Source of the DNA: an uncultured Bacillota bacterium
Lineage (GTDB): Bacteria; Bacillota_I; Bacilli_A; RFN20; CAG-826
DNA: 64,000 bases
Assembly: GCA_949287245.1 (NCBI GenBank)
Contig: CASEFL010000004.1
Coordinates: 41,499-105,498, forward strand
Direction of reading: 5' to 3'
The translations under genes and the position numbers were made by a program. Under the pieces are notes generated by a model, which saw nothing but the letters and a program-made list of their open reading frames with translations, made no database searches and was not told the origin of the DNA. Every line of letters starts with the position of its first letter. Within the stretch, counting starts at the first letter, position 1. Positions 46,714 to 57,708 of this stretch are shown piece after piece.

Positions 46714-47709
46714 TTAATCTCCTACGTAATCACGGAAGTGAAGACCAAGTTCTGCAAGCTTATCTTTCACTTCTTTTAATGATTTTTTGCCTAAATTACG
46801 AACTTTCATCATATCTTCTTCGCTCTTTTGTGTGAGTTCTAAGACCGTTGAAATGCCCGCTCTTTTAAGACAGTTATTGCTACGAACTGATAAATCAAGT
46901 TCTTCAATATACATATCTTGATATTTATTTTCTTCCACTTTTGTTTCAGGAACTTCGGTGATTAAGGCGCCAGCCTTCGCATCTAAGTCAATGAATTTTT
47001 GGAAGTGTTGAATCAAGATTTGTGCCGCCTCTGCCACAGCAGAAGCAGGGGAAATTGACCCATTTGTAGTCACTTCAAGTTCTAAAGAATCAAAACGAGA
47101 ATCATGACCAACACGGGTTGGTTCCACTTGATAACCTACCTTGCGAATTGGGGAGAAATTGCTATCCGTAGTAATCACTCCCACGTGATCCACTTTCCGT
47201 TCAAGTTTATTTTGCTCACTTGTGACATAGCCGCGTCCTGTACCAATATAAATGGTCATCCGCAAATGAGCGCCGGCCTTTAAATGAGCGATTTCTAAGT
47301 CTTTATTGACAACTTCCGTTAAAGCAGGGCAATGAAGATCTCCTGCTTTTAACGTACAAGGACCAGTAACGTCCACGTCAATCCGACGAGAATCGGTACC
47401 TTCATCCGTATAAGTAAGGACTAAATCCTTTAAATTAAGAACAATGGAGGTAACATCTTCTTCCACTCCGTCAATGGTACTAAATTCATGGCGTACACCA
47501 TCAATTTCGACTGCATAAACGGCAACTCCGGGTAAAGCGGATAGGAGCACTCGACGAAGAGCATTCCCAATCGTTTGACCAAATCCTCTTTCAAGAGGTG
47601 AAATGATGAAGCGAGTGAAATGATTATCCTCATTAAGAGAATCAATTTCGACTTCGAAATGTTGGAATGGTTTTGCAATTAATACTTCTTTTGTTTCCGT
47701 ATTCGCCAT
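46714..47709 (-). CDS. rpoA: RNA polymerase alpha subunit
   Basis: PLERGFGQTIGNALRRVLLS; CTD IEELDLSVRSNNCLKRAGI...NLGKKS. Confidence 0.99.
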   Translation of the reverse strand: MANTETKEVLIAKPFQHFEVEIDSLNEDNHFTRFIISPLERGFGQTIGNALRRVLLSALPGVAVYAVEIDGVRHEFSTIDGVEEDVTSIVLNLKDLVLTYTDEGTDSRRIDVDVTGPCTLKAGDLHCPALTEVVNKDLEIAHLKAGAHLRMTIYIGTGRGYVTSEQNKLERKVDHVGVITTDSNFSPIRKVGYQVEPTRVGHDSRFDSLELEVTTNGSISPASAVAEAAQILIQHFQKFIDLDAKAGALITEVPETKVEENKYQDMYIEELDLSVRSNNCLKRAGISTVLELTQKSEEDMMKVRNLGKKSLKEVKDKLAELGLHFRDYVGD

Positions 47710-47736
47710 TTTTCATGCTCCTCTCTATGAATTATT

Positions 47737-48150
47737 TTATCCACGACGTCTCTTTGGTGGACGACAGCCATTATGAGGAATCGGGGTAACATCTTCAATC
47801 GAGAGGATGTTGAGTTTTGCATTGATTAATCCACGCATCGCTCCTTCACGACCAGGACCGACACCGCGAACACGAACATCCACGTTACGAATTCCTTGTT
47901 CATAAGCCTTGCTTCCTGCACTTTCCGCAACTTGACTTGCGGCATATGGAGTTGATTTTTTCGCTCCCTTATATCCAAGTGCCCCTGCAGCCGACCAAGT
48001 AAGAACATTTCCTTGCTTGTCGGTTACCGTAACAATGGTGTTGTTAGAAGAAGAGGTAATAAAGGCTAAAGCGTCCGTAAAGTTGCGCTTTACTTTTTTC
48101 TTACGAGTGGTGGATTTCCCTTTACTCGCAGTTTTCTTTTTCTCTGCCAT
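47737..48150 (-). CDS. rpsK: 30S ribosomal protein S11
   Basis: KKSTPYAA...GPGRE...DVTPIPHNGCRPPKRRR. Confidence 0.98.
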   Translation of the reverse strand: MAEKKKTASKGKSTTRKKKVKRNFTDALAFITSSSNNTIVTVTDKQGNVLTWSAAGALGYKGAKKSTPYAASQVAESAGSKAYEQGIRNVDVRVRGVGPGREGAMRGLINAKLNILSIEDVTPIPHNGCRPPKRRRG

Positions 48151-48168
48151 AATTAAACTCTCCTTTCC

Positions 48169-48549
48169 TTAACGAGTCGCTTCTTTCTTATTGGCGATAG
48201 TCTTCCGTTTTCCTTTACGAGTACGGGCATTTGTTTTTGTCCGTTGTCCTCTTACAGGAAGGCCTTTCCGGTGACGAATCCCCCGATAACAACCAATATC
48301 CGTTAAGCGCTTGATGTTAAAGGCGATTTCTCTGCGGAGATCGCCTTCGGTTTTGTATTTTGCGACTTCTGCGCGAATCGCAACCATTTGTTCATCGCTT
48401 AAGTCTTTAACGCGAATGGTCTCGGAAACTTTCGCATCACGACAAATCTTATGTGCGGTCGCTCTTCCGATTCCATAAATATAGGTCAAGGATACCCAGA
48501 CCTGTTTTTCCGCAGGGATATCTACCCCTGCAATCCGTGTCATTGCCAT
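48169..48549 (-). CDS. rpsM: 30S ribosomal protein S13 (preferred start 48549)
   Basis: RIAGVDIP...LTYIYGIG...[18 protein letters not shown]. Confidence 0.98.
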   Translation of the reverse strand: MAMTRIAGVDIPAEKQVWVSLTYIYGIGRATAHKICRDAKVSETIRVKDLSDEQMVAIRAEVAKYKTEGDLRREIAFNIKRLTDIGCYRGIRHRKGLPVRGQRTKTNARTRKGKRKTIANKKEATR

Positions 48550-48566
48550 AGAAAATACTCCTAATC

Positions 48567-48680
48567 TCAACCCTGACGTTGTTTGTGTTTAGGGTTGCTG
48601 CAGATGACCATAACGACACCGTGCCGACGAATCACTTTGCACTTGTCGCAGATGGGTTTGACCGATGGTCTTACTTTCAT
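48567..48680 (-). CDS. rpmJ: 50S ribosomal protein L36 (C+); absent from ORF track
   Basis: Manual translation: [37 protein letters not shown]. Confidence 0.98.
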   Translation of the reverse strand: MKVRPSVKPICDKCKVIRRHGVVMVICSNPKHKQRQG

Positions 48681-48701
48681 TTGCTCACTCCTATCTTCAG
48701 A

Positions 48702-48923
48702 CTAGTTCCGTTGTCTGAAACTAATGCGCCCGTGTTCTAAATCATAAGGCGAGAATTGAACGGTGACCTTATCACCGGGGAGAATGCGGATGTAATGCAT
48801 CCGGATTTTTCCCGAGACGCAGGCGGTGATCACAACTCCGTTAGCCAGCTTTACGCGAAAATTCGCATTCGGTAAGCTTTCTAAGACGGTGGCGTCCATT
48901 TCGATGCAGTCTTTTTTACTCAT
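48702..48923 (-). CDS. infA: Translation initiation factor IF-1
   Basis: [12 protein letters not shown]...[17 protein letters not shown]...SPYDL. Confidence 0.98.
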   Translation of the reverse strand: MSKKDCIEMDATVLESLPNANFRVKLANGVVITACVSGKIRMHYIRILPGDKVTVQFSPYDLEHGRISFRQRN

Positions 48924-49687
48924 GCACCCTTCTCTCCTTCTTCTAATGTGATGGCTTCCGCGCCATCTTTTGTCACGATAACCGTATTTTCATAATGGGC
49001 GGTCATCTTCCCATCGCGACTCACCGTAGTCCAACCATCTCCTAAGATTCTCACCTTCGGAGACCCTTCAAGCACCATGGGTTCAATCGCTAAGGCCATA
49101 CCTTCAAGAAGTAAGGGACCCGTTCCTCTCTTTCCTACATTAGGAATCGAAGGATCTTCGTGCATTTCTTTGCCAATCCCGTGTCCTGTAAATTCTCTTA
49201 CTAAGGAGTAGTGATGGCTTTCCACGTATTCTTGAATCGCCGCACTCACATCCCCTAAGTGATTCCCAGGTTTTACCTCTTTTAAACCTTCAAAGAAGGC
49301 ATTTTTGGTAACCTCAATTAGACGTTTTTTCTCTTCGCTTCCAATGCCAACAAGATAAGTTCGACAAGCATCTGCATGATAACCGTTTTTCTTTACCACG
49401 ATATCAAGAGAAATAATGTCTCCATCTTTTAAGATTTTCTTCGAAGAGGGAATTCCGTGAACAAGCACCTCATTCACAGAAGTACAAATGGCTTCTGGAA
49501 ATCCTCCATAGCCTTTTGACGCTGCAACCGCTCCCCGCTCTTCAATATATTTATCGGCAAGCTGGGAAAGGGTTAGGGTACTCACTCCTGGACGAATATC
49601 TTTCTCTAACAAAGAGAAGACTTCAGCAAGAAGAGATCCTGCCTCTTTCATGAGGAGAATCTCTCGCTTGCTTTTAATTTCAATCAA
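48920..49687 (-). CDS. map: Methionine aminopeptidase type I
   Basis: HGIP, GHGIG..MHEDP, AIEPM, AHYENT. Confidence 0.98.
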   Translation of the reverse strand: MIEIKSKREILLMKEAGSLLAEVFSLLEKDIRPGVSTLTLSQLADKYIEERGAVAASKGYGGFPEAICTSVNEVLVHGIPSSKKILKDGDIISLDIVVKKNGYHADACRTYLVGIGSEEKKRLIEVTKNAFFEGLKEVKPGNHLGDVSAAIQEYVESHHYSLVREFTGHGIGKEMHEDPSIPNVGKRGTGPLLLEGMALAIEPMVLEGSPKVRILGDGWTTVSRDGKMTAHYENTVIVTKDGAEAITLEEGEKGA

Positions 49688-50337
49688 AGGAGTGACCTCA
49701 GGAAGGCAGTTAATTCTACCTTCACATTACTTAAGGGTAAGGTCCCGTCAAACTCATGCAAGATTCCTTCCTTCTTGTAGTAATCAAGAAGGGGGGCCGT
49801 ACTTGCATAATAGTTTTCTAGTCTTACCCGGAAGGAGGCTTCATTATCATCTTTCCGCTGAATTAAAGAGGAACCGCAATGATCGCAAATTCCCTCTTTC
49901 ACCGGCTTTAAGGTGATGATGTTATAAGAAGCACCGCACTTTGGGCACACACGACGTGTTGTAACCCGTGAAATGAGTACTTCATCAGGGCAAGAAAGAT
50001 TAATGGCAACACTTGGAGCGCGCCCAATCTCTTTTCCCATTTCTTTTAAGGCTTCCGCTTGAGCAAGAGTACGAGGGAAGCCATCTAAAAGATAGCCATT
50101 TTCACAATCTTTTCGCGAAAGTCTTTCTTTTACCAAGGCAACCGTTAATTCATCACTAACAAGTCCCCCGGCATCAACGATATCTTTAATTTGTTTTCCT
50201 AGTTCGCTACCAGAAGCCATTGCTTCGCGGAACATATCGCCAGTAGAGATGTGGGGAAGAGAGAAATCTTCCTTAATCCATGTTGCTGCTGTTCCTTTTC
50301 CTGCCCCTGGAGGGCCCATTAGAATGATATTTAACAT
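49684..50337 (-). CDS. adk: Adenylate kinase with Zn lid
   Basis: GPPGAGKGT, LDGFPR, CPKC...CDHC. Confidence 0.98.
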   Translation of the reverse strand: MLNIILMGPPGAGKGTAATWIKEDFSLPHISTGDMFREAMASGSELGKQIKDIVDAGGLVSDELTVALVKERLSRKDCENGYLLDGFPRTLAQAEALKEMGKEIGRAPSVAINLSCPDEVLISRVTTRRVCPKCGASYNIITLKPVKEGICDHCGSSLIQRKDDNEASFRVRLENYYASTAPLLDYYKKEGILHEFDGTLPLSNVKVELTAFLRSLL

Positions 50338-50339
50338 TT

Positions 50340-51698
50340 TTAAATTCCTTCCCGAGCCCGTTCGTGGCTCTTCCCAGCAATAAGGCCTTCGATTTGGTTA
50401 TTTAACTCAATGGCCACACCGACAATAATGATTAATCCAGTACCGCCAATGGCTAAGGAAGTATCACTTCCAAACACATTTGCCCAAGTAAGGATAATCG
50501 GTAAGGCACTAATCGCGGCAAGAGCAAGCGAACCCATAAAGGTTACACGGTTTAATACTTTTCCTACATAGCGCTCTGTCTCTTTCCCTGGACGAATACC
50601 CGGGATATAAGATCCATTCTTTTGGAAATTATCCGCTAGTTTTTCTGGATCAATCGACATTTGTGCGTAGAAGAAGCTAAAGGCGATGATAAGCGCAACA
50701 TAGATGAATAAGCCCCAGTTCATCTCCCAATGCGTTCCATCAAACCAAGGCATGGTGAAGGTCGCATTGTAATTAAAGATTTGGAGCCATTCTGCGCTTG
50801 CTGCTTCTGAAGAGATAAAGCCAGCAATAATGGCGGGAGCACTCATCAAGGAAGCCGCAAAGATAACAGGAATCACTCCTGCGGAATTTAACTTAATGGG
50901 TAAGAAGGAGGCACGTGCCATCGAAGAGGTTGAACCACCTTTTCCTGCATTTTGTACAGGAATCTTTCTTCTTGAAGTTTCAATAAAGACAACAAACCCA
51001 ATAATAAGTAAGAAGGCAAGAAGATAAATCGCAAATTGGAAGGCCCCTTGAACCATTTCGCTAGACCCATGGGCAACATTACCCGTAATCCACTTGTTCC
51101 AAGCGGTAGTAATTTGCGTGGGTAAAGATCGGACACAGCCGGCAAAGATAATCATCGAGATTCCATTTCCTAAGCCTTTTTCGGTGATTTGGTCACCAAG
51201 CCACATGGTTAACATGGCTCCTGCAAGAAGAATGGTAATGATATACGCATATGTCCAGAAATTATCTTCTAAGTTAAGCGTAATATAAGAACTATTAATC
51301 ATCGTGCGGATAATGCCATAAGCCTGAACCGCACCAAGAAGAAGAGTTAAATAACGCGTAGCCATTTCAATCTTCTTTCGTCCATATTCACCTTGCTTAC
51401 TTAATTCCGTAAGCGCAGGAAGAACATTTTTGGAAAGAAGTTGAATAATAATTTGCGAAGTAATGTAGGGAGATACCCCAAGCGCAAAAATGGAGAAATT
51501 ACTTAAGGCTCCGCCGCCAAGCAAATCCATAAGCGCTAGGGAATTTCCCGAATTCATAAGATCGGTGAGCTCTTGGGATACGCTAACTCCAGGAACAGTA
51601 ATTGCTGCTCCAATGCGGATAACAAAGAGCACCATGATCGTGAAGAAGATCCGGTTAACAATATCTTTGTTTTTAAAAATTGCGGCGAGTTTTTTCAT
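50340..51698 (-). CDS. secY: Preprotein translocase SecY
   Basis: SIFALGVSPYITSQII, GLGNGISMII, IPGIRPG. Confidence 0.98.
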   Translation of the reverse strand: MKKLAAIFKNKDIVNRIFFTIMVLFVIRIGAAITVPGVSVSQELTDLMNSGNSLALMDLLGGGALSNFSIFALGVSPYITSQIIIQLLSKNVLPALTELSKQGEYGRKKIEMATRYLTLLLGAVQAYGIIRTMINSSYITLNLEDNFWTYAYIITILLAGAMLTMWLGDQITEKGLGNGISMIIFAGCVRSLPTQITTAWNKWITGNVAHGSSEMVQGAFQFAIYLLAFLLIIGFVVFIETSRRKIPVQNAGKGGSTSSMARASFLPIKLNSAGVIPVIFAASLMSAPAIIAGFISSEAASAEWLQIFNYNATFTMPWFDGTHWEMNWGLFIYVALIIAFSFFYAQMSIDPEKLADNFQKNGSYIPGIRPGKETERYVGKVLNRVTFMGSLALAAISALPIILTWANVFGSDTSLAIGGTGLIIIVGVAIELNNQIEGLIAGKSHERAREGI

Positions 51699-52144
51699 TA
51701 CTTAATGACCTCAGGGGTTCCGCCTAAAGCGGTGATTGCCTTAAGTGCGGAAGAGGAGAAGGCGTGTGCTTTCACGACGAGCTTTCTCTCAAGTTGGCCC
51801 CTGCCAAGGATTTTAATCCCGTCTTTGCTATCTTTCACCACCCCAGTTTCAATAAGTAAGGCTGGAGTAACTTCCGTTCCGTCTTCAAAGCGATTTAATA
51901 CTTCAACATTGATGACACAATATTCTTTACGAGAATGGTTTTTAAAACCAAACTTAGGAATTCGACGGATAAGAGGCATTTGGCCACCTTCGAAGTCTCT
52001 TTTCTTTGTGTGGCTATGAGCACCTTGGCCCTTTTGTCCTTTACCAGCAGTTTTTCCATTACCAGTTCCCCGGCCTTGTCCTTTACGGAAATGCTTTGTA
52101 ATGGAACCTTCATGAACGGTAAGAGAATGGAGATTTTTAGCCAT
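51698..52144 (-). CDS. rplO: 50S ribosomal protein L15
   Basis: [17 protein letters not shown]...FEGGQMPL. Confidence 0.97.
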   Translation of the reverse strand: MAKNLHSLTVHEGSITKHFRKGQGRGTGNGKTAGKGQKGQGAHSHTKKRDFEGGQMPLIRRIPKFGFKNHSRKEYCVINVEVLNRFEDGTEVTPALLIETGVVKDSKDGIKILGRGQLERKLVVKAHAFSSSALKAITALGGTPEVIK

Positions 52145-52841
52145 TTGCTTTTCCTCCTTCTTTTTGTGAATGGAAGTCTTCTTCTTTCTTTAAGCCCCGT
52201 AAAACCATCACTGTCTTATAGTCTTTTAATTGAAGAAGAGCATCGTGAGTCGCACGAACAACATTAATCGGTGTACGGCTCCCTAAGATCTTACAAACGG
52301 CATTTCTCACACCCGCTAATTCAAGAATAGCCCGTGTTGCCGCACCGCCAACAATACCCGTTCCTTCTGGAGCAGGACGTAAGATAACAGTTGTTGTTTC
52401 ATAATGTCCTACAACCCGGTGAGCAATGGTTCCCCGGCGGATTTTAATGGAATATAAACGCTTTTTCGCTTGTGTGACCGATTTTTTAATCGCATCAGGA
52501 ACTTCCCCTGATTTACGAAGGGCAAAACCATAATGACCGTTTTGATCGCCTACGACAACAAGAGTGTCAAAGCGCATATGTTTTCCCCCGCTTTCCGTAC
52601 GGGAAATGCGGTTGATATCAACAACACGGTCTTGATAGCTATCCTCTTCGCGACGGAATCCGCCACGACCACCCCGGCGTTCGCTTGGACGTCCACGACG
52701 ATCGCCATACTTGCGGTCTCCAGGACGAGCGGCTGCTCTTGATCCCCGTGGCTCATAGTTAGGATTGCCACTAGGACGAGGTTTGCTTGTTTCTTCCGCT
52801 TTTGGTGCGGGAGTTTCAGTTGTTACTTTTGTATCTTCCAT
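52137..52841 (-). CDS. rpsE: 30S ribosomal protein S5 with long N-terminal extension
   Basis: [10 protein letters not shown]...VVVGDQNG...[11 protein letters not shown]. Confidence 0.96.
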   Translation of the reverse strand: MEDTKVTTETPAPKAEETSKPRPSGNPNYEPRGSRAAARPGDRKYGDRRGRPSERRGGRGGFRREEDSYQDRVVDINRISRTESGGKHMRFDTLVVVGDQNGHYGFALRKSGEVPDAIKKSVTQAKKRLYSIKIRRGTIAHRVVGHYETTTVILRPAPEGTGIVGGAATRAILELAGVRNAVCKILGSRTPINVVRATHDALLQLKDYKTVMVLRGLKKEEDFHSQKEGGKANG

Positions 52842-52852
52842 AATCTAACTCC

Positions 52853-53209
52853 TTAGAAGTGGAGACCTCCTTCACGAGCAGCATCCGCAAGCGCGGCGAC
52901 ACGACCATGATACATATATCCACCACGATCGAATTTTACGCTTTTAATTTTGAGGGCTTTCGCCTTTTTGGCAATATCCGCACCAACGGCTTTTGCGGCT
53001 TCAATATTTCCTCCATGCTCTAACTTCAAAGCTAAAGAGGAAGAGGAGGCAAGGGTTACTCCCCGCTCATCATCAATTAATTGACAACTGATGTGTTTAT
53101 TGGAGCGGAAGACACTAAGACGGGGGCAAGTCGCACTTCCTTGAATCTTTTCACGGATTCGAAGGTGACGGCGTTCCCGCATGACATTTTTTGATTCTTT
53201 TTTAATCAT
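52853..53209 (-). CDS. rplR: 50S ribosomal protein L18
   Basis: [11 protein letters not shown]...[24 protein letters not shown]. Confidence 0.98.
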   Translation of the reverse strand: MIKKESKNVMRERRHLRIREKIQGSATCPRLSVFRSNKHISCQLIDDERGVTLASSSSLALKLEHGGNIEAAKAVGADIAKKAKALKIKSVKFDRGGYMYHGRVAALADAAREGGLHF

Positions 53210-53220
53210 AGGGAATCTCC

Positions 53221-53781
53221 TTACTTCTTACCGGCGGCAGCGCGTTTGCCAACCTTCTTAATTAAGTGTTGTCCCTTATAATGGACACCTTTTTGTCCAT
53301 AAGGGTCAGGACGACGAAGGTCATAAATTCTTGCGGCAGTTTCGCCTACTTCGAACTTATCGACCCCTTCCACCACAACATGCGTTTCATCAGGGCAAGT
53401 AATGGTGGTGTATTTACCAATTGGTTTGGCGTGCACTTCGTGAGAATAACCAAGGAACATGGTAAGTTCTCCATTTTTCATTGAGGCACGATAACCAGTA
53501 CCATTAATTTCTAATTCCTTCTTCCAACCTTCCGATACTCCTTTAATGGCGTTATGGAGTAAGGCAGCACTTGTTCCATGATTTGCTGCACTTTGAGGAT
53601 TGCTCTCCCAATCACTTGGAGGAACAACATGAAGGTTTCCGTCTTTCTCCTCGACGCTCACATCCCCAGGAAGGTGGACGTTTACTTCGCCTTTGGGTCC
53701 TTTGACGGAAAGAGTGCCATTTTCTAATTTATAGGTCACTCCGGCAGGGAGAGGAATGGGTTTAAATCCAATACGAGACAT
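53221..53781 (-). CDS. rplF: 50S ribosomal protein L6 (preferred start 53781)
   Basis: MSRIGFKPI...KGPKG...GTGYRA...PDPYGQKG. Confidence 0.97.
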   Translation of the reverse strand: MSRIGFKPIPLPAGVTYKLENGTLSVKGPKGEVNVHLPGDVSVEEKDGNLHVVPPSDWESNPQSAANHGTSAALLHNAIKGVSEGWKKELEINGTGYRASMKNGELTMFLGYSHEVHAKPIGKYTTITCPDETHVVVEGVDKFEVGETAARIYDLRRPDPYGQKGVHYKGQHLIKKVGKRAAAGKK

Positions 53782-53798
53782 CTCTCTTCTCCTTTCCT

Positions 53799-54194
53799 TT
53801 AATAGACGTAGCAAAGCACTTCGCCGCCAACGCCAGCCTTGCGGCATTCCGCGTCGGTTAAGATGCCCTTAGAAGTGGAAACAATGGCAATTCCATATCC
53901 AGGAACGCGTGGTAAATCTTCCACCCCACAAGTGACACGAAGTCCTGGCTTACTAATCCGTTTTAAATCGGTAATCACTCGTTCCCCATTGGGGCCATAT
54001 TTCAAGAGTAAAGTTAAGGTCTTTTTATTTCCTTTTTCTTCCTCTTCATGAACATCAAGAAGATAACCTTCTTTCTTCATGATTTTTGCAATTTGCACGA
54101 GCATTTTGCTGGAAGGAAGAGAGACACTTTCTCTTTTTAAAGCATTCGCATTGCGGATGCGAGTTAGCATATCGCTGATAGGATCAACAATCAT
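53799..54194 (-). CDS. rpsH: 30S ribosomal protein S8 (preferred start 54194)
   Basis: DPISDMLTRIRNA...RISKPGLR...STSKG...GGEVLCYV. Confidence 0.98.
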   Translation of the reverse strand: MIVDPISDMLTRIRNANALKRESVSLPSSKMLVQIAKIMKKEGYLLDVHEEEEKGNKKTLTLLLKYGPNGERVITDLKRISKPGLRVTCGVEDLPRVPGYGIAIVSTSKGILTDAECRKAGVGGEVLCYVY

Positions 54195-54208
54195 ATTCTC
54201 TCCTTTCC

Positions 54209-54394
54209 TTACCAACTAGATTTCTTTAAGCCAGGGATTTCCCCTTTATAGGCCATTTCACGTAAGCAGATACGGCAAAGGCCGAATTTACGAATCACAC
54301 CGTGTACTCTTCCACAACGTGTGCAGCGAGTATAAGCACGCACAGGGAATTTTTGTCTCCGTGCTTGTTTATTCATAAGACTTTTTTTCGCCAT
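54209..54394 (-). CDS. rpsN: 30S ribosomal protein S14, Zn (type Z)
   Basis: RCTRCGR...GLCRIC...IPGLKKSSW. Confidence 0.98.
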   Translation of the reverse strand: MAKKSLMNKQARRQKFPVRAYTRCTRCGRVHGVIRKFGLCRICLREMAYKGEIPGLKKSSW

Positions 54395-54403
54395 ATTTAC
54401 CTC

Positions 54404-55144
54404 CTACTTACGGAAGGGCAATCCCAGCCCTTCAAGGAGACTAAGAGCCTCTTCATCACTTTTCGCCGTAGTAACCATAACAATGTCCATACCGCGGAGC
54501 TTTCCTGTTTTATCGTATTCAATTTCTGGGAAGATTAATTGTTCTTTCACCCCTAAGGTATAGTTCCCATGCCCATCAAAGGCATTGCGGGAGATTCCCC
54601 GGAAATCGCGTACGCGGGGAAGAGAAATGCTGATGAGTTTATCAAGGAACTCATACATTCTTACTCCTCTTAAGGTGACTTTGCAGCCAATGGCGTATCC
54701 TTCCCGTAAATGGAAGGAAGCGATGGATTTCTTCGCCTTGGTAACCACAGGCTTTTGTCCAGAAATTCTTGTTAAATCATTCACGGAGTCATCTAAGGCC
54801 TTTGCATTGCTTACAGCATCACCAACACCGATATTAATAACAATTTTCTCTAAATGAGGAACGGCCATTGGTGTGGTGTATCCGTGCTTTTTCATTAAGG
54901 CAGGGATAACTTCTTCATGATATTTATGCGCTAAACGATTTTGCGATAACGCACTAGGAGGAAGTTCTTTTTTTGTGCTCTTCTTTGTAGAAGCTTTTTT
55001 TGGAGCTTCTTCCATTAAAGTTTCTTCCTTCTTAGTAGCCACCTTTTTCGATGCTACTTTCTTTGCTCCTGTCTTTTTTGGAGCGCTCTTTTTTGCGGAG
55101 GGGGTAACTTCTTCCACCGCATCAACTTTCTTTTTGGCAGGCAT
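54404..55144 (-). CDS. rplE: 50S ribosomal protein L5 with Lys-rich N-terminal extension
   Basis: KIVINIGVG...GQKPVVT...LPRVRDFRG...GNYTLG. Confidence 0.98.
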   Translation of the reverse strand: MPAKKKVDAVEEVTPSAKKSAPKKTGAKKVASKKVATKKEETLMEEAPKKASTKKSTKKELPPSALSQNRLAHKYHEEVIPALMKKHGYTTPMAVPHLEKIVINIGVGDAVSNAKALDDSVNDLTRISGQKPVVTKAKKSIASFHLREGYAIGCKVTLRGVRMYEFLDKLISISLPRVRDFRGISRNAFDGHGNYTLGVKEQLIFPEIEYDKTGKLRGMDIVMVTTAKSDEEALSLLEGLGLPFRK

Positions 55145-55158
55145 ACTTTCCCTCCTTA

Positions 55159-55470
55159 TTACTTATCGTCAAGAGAAGCACCAGAATCGGCTACGCGAAT
55201 TTTCTTCCCTTTAACAACTTTATGATGAACTCTTGTTGGACGTCCTGTTTTTGGATCAAGAAGAGCAACATTAGAGACATGAATTGGGACGTAGATATCT
55301 TTCAGAGAACCTTCCGGTACACTTTGAGATGGTTTTACGTGTTTTTTGTGAACGTTGACGCCCTCGACAACTACTTTCTCAAGTTTTGGGTGGACGAGTT
55401 GCACAACGCCTGTTTTCCCACGGTCGGCGCCACTAATGACGATGACCGTATCACCTTTTTTAATATTCAT
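55159..55470 (-). CDS. rplX: 50S ribosomal protein L24
   Basis: [19 protein letters not shown]...IHVSNV. Confidence 0.98.
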   Translation of the reverse strand: MNIKKGDTVIVISGADRGKTGVVQLVHPKLEKVVVEGVNVHKKHVKPSQSVPEGSLKDIYVPIHVSNVALLDPKTGRPTRVHHKVVKGKKIRVADSGASLDDK

Positions 55471-55482
55471 TAAGGCACCTCC

Positions 55483-55851
55483 TTATAAGACTTCAAGAGC
55501 TAAAGAGATAATTTTCATATAGCCCTTTTCCCGTAATTCTCTTGCTACTGGTCCAAAGACACGAGTTCCCAGTGGATTGCCATCATTATCAATGAGAACC
55601 ACTGCGTTATCATCGAATGAGATTGCACTTCCATCTTTTCTTTGAACCGCTTTTTTCGTACGGACGATAACCGCACGAACAACTTGGCCTTTTTTCACTT
55701 TGCCGCTAGGAATTGCATCCTTAACTGCGCATTGAATGACATCGCCAATCGAGGAGCGTTTTCTTCTTCCGCCGCCATAAAGTTGGAAGGCACGAACAAC
55801 ACGTGCTCCTGAGTTATCCGCGACGATGAGATTTGTTTCCTTTTGAATCAT
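55483..55851 (-). CDS. rplN: 50S ribosomal protein L14
   Basis: VADNSGAR...FDDNAVV...[12 protein letters not shown]. Confidence 0.98.
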   Translation of the reverse strand: MIQKETNLIVADNSGARVVRAFQLYGGGRRKRSSIGDVIQCAVKDAIPSGKVKKGQVVRAVIVRTKKAVQRKDGSAISFDDNAVVLIDNDGNPLGTRVFGPVARELREKGYMKIISLALEVL

Positions 55852-55854
55852 CGC

Positions 55855-56208
55855 TTACTCCTCCTCTGGGGTTTCCTTACTAGAAGTAGAAACTACTTCA
55901 TCAACCCCTTCTTTGTTTTCAAGCGCGGCCTCGGTTTCCTCTAAACTTGTTCCTTCAACGGCTTTTTTATCGATAGAAACTAAGCGGAAACGTTTGGTAG
56001 CACTCATAGGACGGCAGGCCATAATGGTGACAGTGTCTCCTAAATGAGCAAGACCTTGTTCATCATGTGCCCGATATTTTTTTGAATAACTAACTCTTTT
56101 CCGATAAAGAGGATCGTTACGCTTTGTAGAAACGGTGACGGTAATGGTCTTTTCATTTTTCACCGAGGTAACAACCCCTTGGAAAGTGGTTCTTTTATTA
56201 CGTTCCAT
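55855..56208 (-). CDS. rpsQ: 30S ribosomal protein S17 with acidic C-terminal tail
   Basis: [14 protein letters not shown]...KYRAHDE...[11 protein letters not shown]. Confidence 0.97.
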   Translation of the reverse strand: MERNKRTTFQGVVTSVKNEKTITVTVSTKRNDPLYRKRVSYSKKYRAHDEQGLAHLGDTVTIMACRPMSATKRFRLVSIDKKAVEGTSLEETEAALENKEGVDEVVSTSSKETPEEE

Positions 56209-56420
56209 TACTTATCCTCCTTAGCATGGATGCCAAGTTGGCGTTCACGGCGGACCGTTTCCCCTTTGGCAATATCTTTACGGATTTGACGAATTTCTTC
56301 GGGATGTTCGAGATTTCCAACCGCTTTTGCTCTGGTTAATTCGAACTTTCTTTGCCGGAGGTCATGAAGCTTATTGGTAAGCTCTTCATCCGTAAGAGCA
56401 CGGAATTCTTGAATACTCAT
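56208..56420 (-). CDS. rpmC: 50S ribosomal protein L29
   Basis: [17 protein letters not shown]; between rplP and rpsQ. Confidence 0.95.
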   Translation of the reverse strand: MSIQEFRALTDEELTNKLHDLRQRKFELTRAKAVGNLEHPEEIRQIRKDIAKGETVRRERQLGIHAKEDK

Positions 56421-56977
56421 TACTTCTCCTCCTTATTCGCTACATCTTCAGTTACATCGTTTCCTGTATCTGAGATGGTGACGATATGATCTTCTTTTTC
56501 AATGGCTTCAAGGGTAGAAGCATGTGCTTCTTCCATCTTTTCTTTTTCTTCTTCACTTAAGGCTTTGCTTCTTTTGACAATTTTGGTGGCCACAGGAAGT
56601 TTATATCCCGCCTGGTGAAGAGCACGGCAGGCAAGTTCATCATTAATCCCGCCGATTTCAAAGAGAATTTTTCCCGCCTTAACTGCAGCTGCCCAACCTT
56701 CTGGTGATCCTTTTCCGGAACCCATACGAACTTCAGCAGGTTTTTTGGTTCTTCCTAAATGAGGGAAGATACGAATCCAAATTTTTCCTGCCCGGTCGGT
56801 ATAACGAGCTAAGACAATACGAGCAGATTCGATTTGATGATCAGTGATATAGGCTCCTTCAAGAGCTTGTAAACCCCATTCACCAAATTCAACCTTGTTG
56901 CCTTTCGTCGCCTTTCCTTCATAAGAAAGACGATGAGGGCGACGATACTTAACGCGCTTTGGTTGCAGCATGGGCAT
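56420..56977 (-). CDS. rplP: 50S ribosomal protein L16 with acidic C-terminal tail
   Basis: [11 protein letters not shown]...QIESAR...IFPH...[10 protein letters not shown]. Confidence 0.98.
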   Translation of the reverse strand: MPMLQPKRVKYRRPHRLSYEGKATKGNKVEFGEWGLQALEGAYITDHQIESARIVLARYTDRAGKIWIRIFPHLGRTKKPAEVRMGSGKGSPEGWAAAVKAGKILFEIGGINDELACRALHQAGYKLPVATKIVKRSKALSEEEKEKMEEAHASTLEAIEKEDHIVTISDTGNDVTEDVANKEEK

Positions 56978-57707
56978 TTCCTCCTTCCGAAGTTGAAGTT
57001 TCCTCCGCCTTCTTATCGGTGCTGCGGCAAATCCAAACTTTTACCCCAATTCTTCCTGAAGTTGTATGGGCAGGAATGGCCGCAAAATCAATGTCGGCGC
57101 GAAGAGTTTCAAGAGGAACAACCCCTTCTTTATATCCTTCTCTACGAGCAATTTCTGCTCCGCCAAGCCGACCTTGGCATTGAGTACGACAACCAGCCGC
57201 ACCCGCTTTTCTCATCCGTTGGATGGCTTTCTTTTGCGTGCTGCGGAAGCTTTGACGATTTTCAAGTTCCGAAGCAATCCATTTAGCCATTAAGGTTGCA
57301 TCTAAATCAGGATTTTTGACTTCCGCAACTTCTAAACGGACTTCGCTATCATTAGCAACAAGTTTTGTTAAACCTGCGCTTAAATTTTTAATGGTATCGC
57401 CATTGGTGCCATAAATGACACCAGGACGAGAGGTGAAGATTTTCACGGTAACGCGAGTCTTCTTTTCTCCCTTATTCCGCGCAATATCAATGTGCGAGAG
57501 ATAGGTATCTTGATGGCCTTTGTCGCTAGAAGCGCCTTTTGCGCCTTTTTCACCAGACATATTCTTAAGTGCTTTTTCTAAATAAGCACGAATGGCCATA
57601 TCTTCTTTTAAATAACGGGCATACTCTTTTTTCGAAGCAAACCATGTGGAATTCCATCCACGATTTACCCCAATTCGAAGCCCGACAGCACTAACCTTTT
57701 GACCCAT
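56949..57707 (-). CDS. rpsC: 30S ribosomal protein S3
   Basis: [13 protein letters not shown]...SRPG...[10 protein letters not shown]...[10 protein letters not shown]. Confidence 0.98.
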   Translation of the reverse strand: MGQKVSAVGLRIGVNRGWNSTWFASKKEYARYLKEDMAIRAYLEKALKNMSGEKGAKGASSDKGHQDTYLSHIDIARNKGEKKTRVTVKIFTSRPGVIYGTNGDTIKNLSAGLTKLVANDSEVRLEVAEVKNPDLDATLMAKWIASELENRQSFRSTQKKAIQRMRKAGAAGCRTQCQGRLGGAEIARREGYKEGVVPLETLRADIDFAAIPAHTTSGRIGVKVWICRSTDKKAEETSTSEGGNAHAATKAR

Positions 57708-57708
57708 C

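Noticed and set aside
48567-48923. Mycoplasma genetic code (TGA=Trp)
   Set aside because: TGA terminates rpmJ and map at the expected positions, and Trp is TGG in conserved sites.
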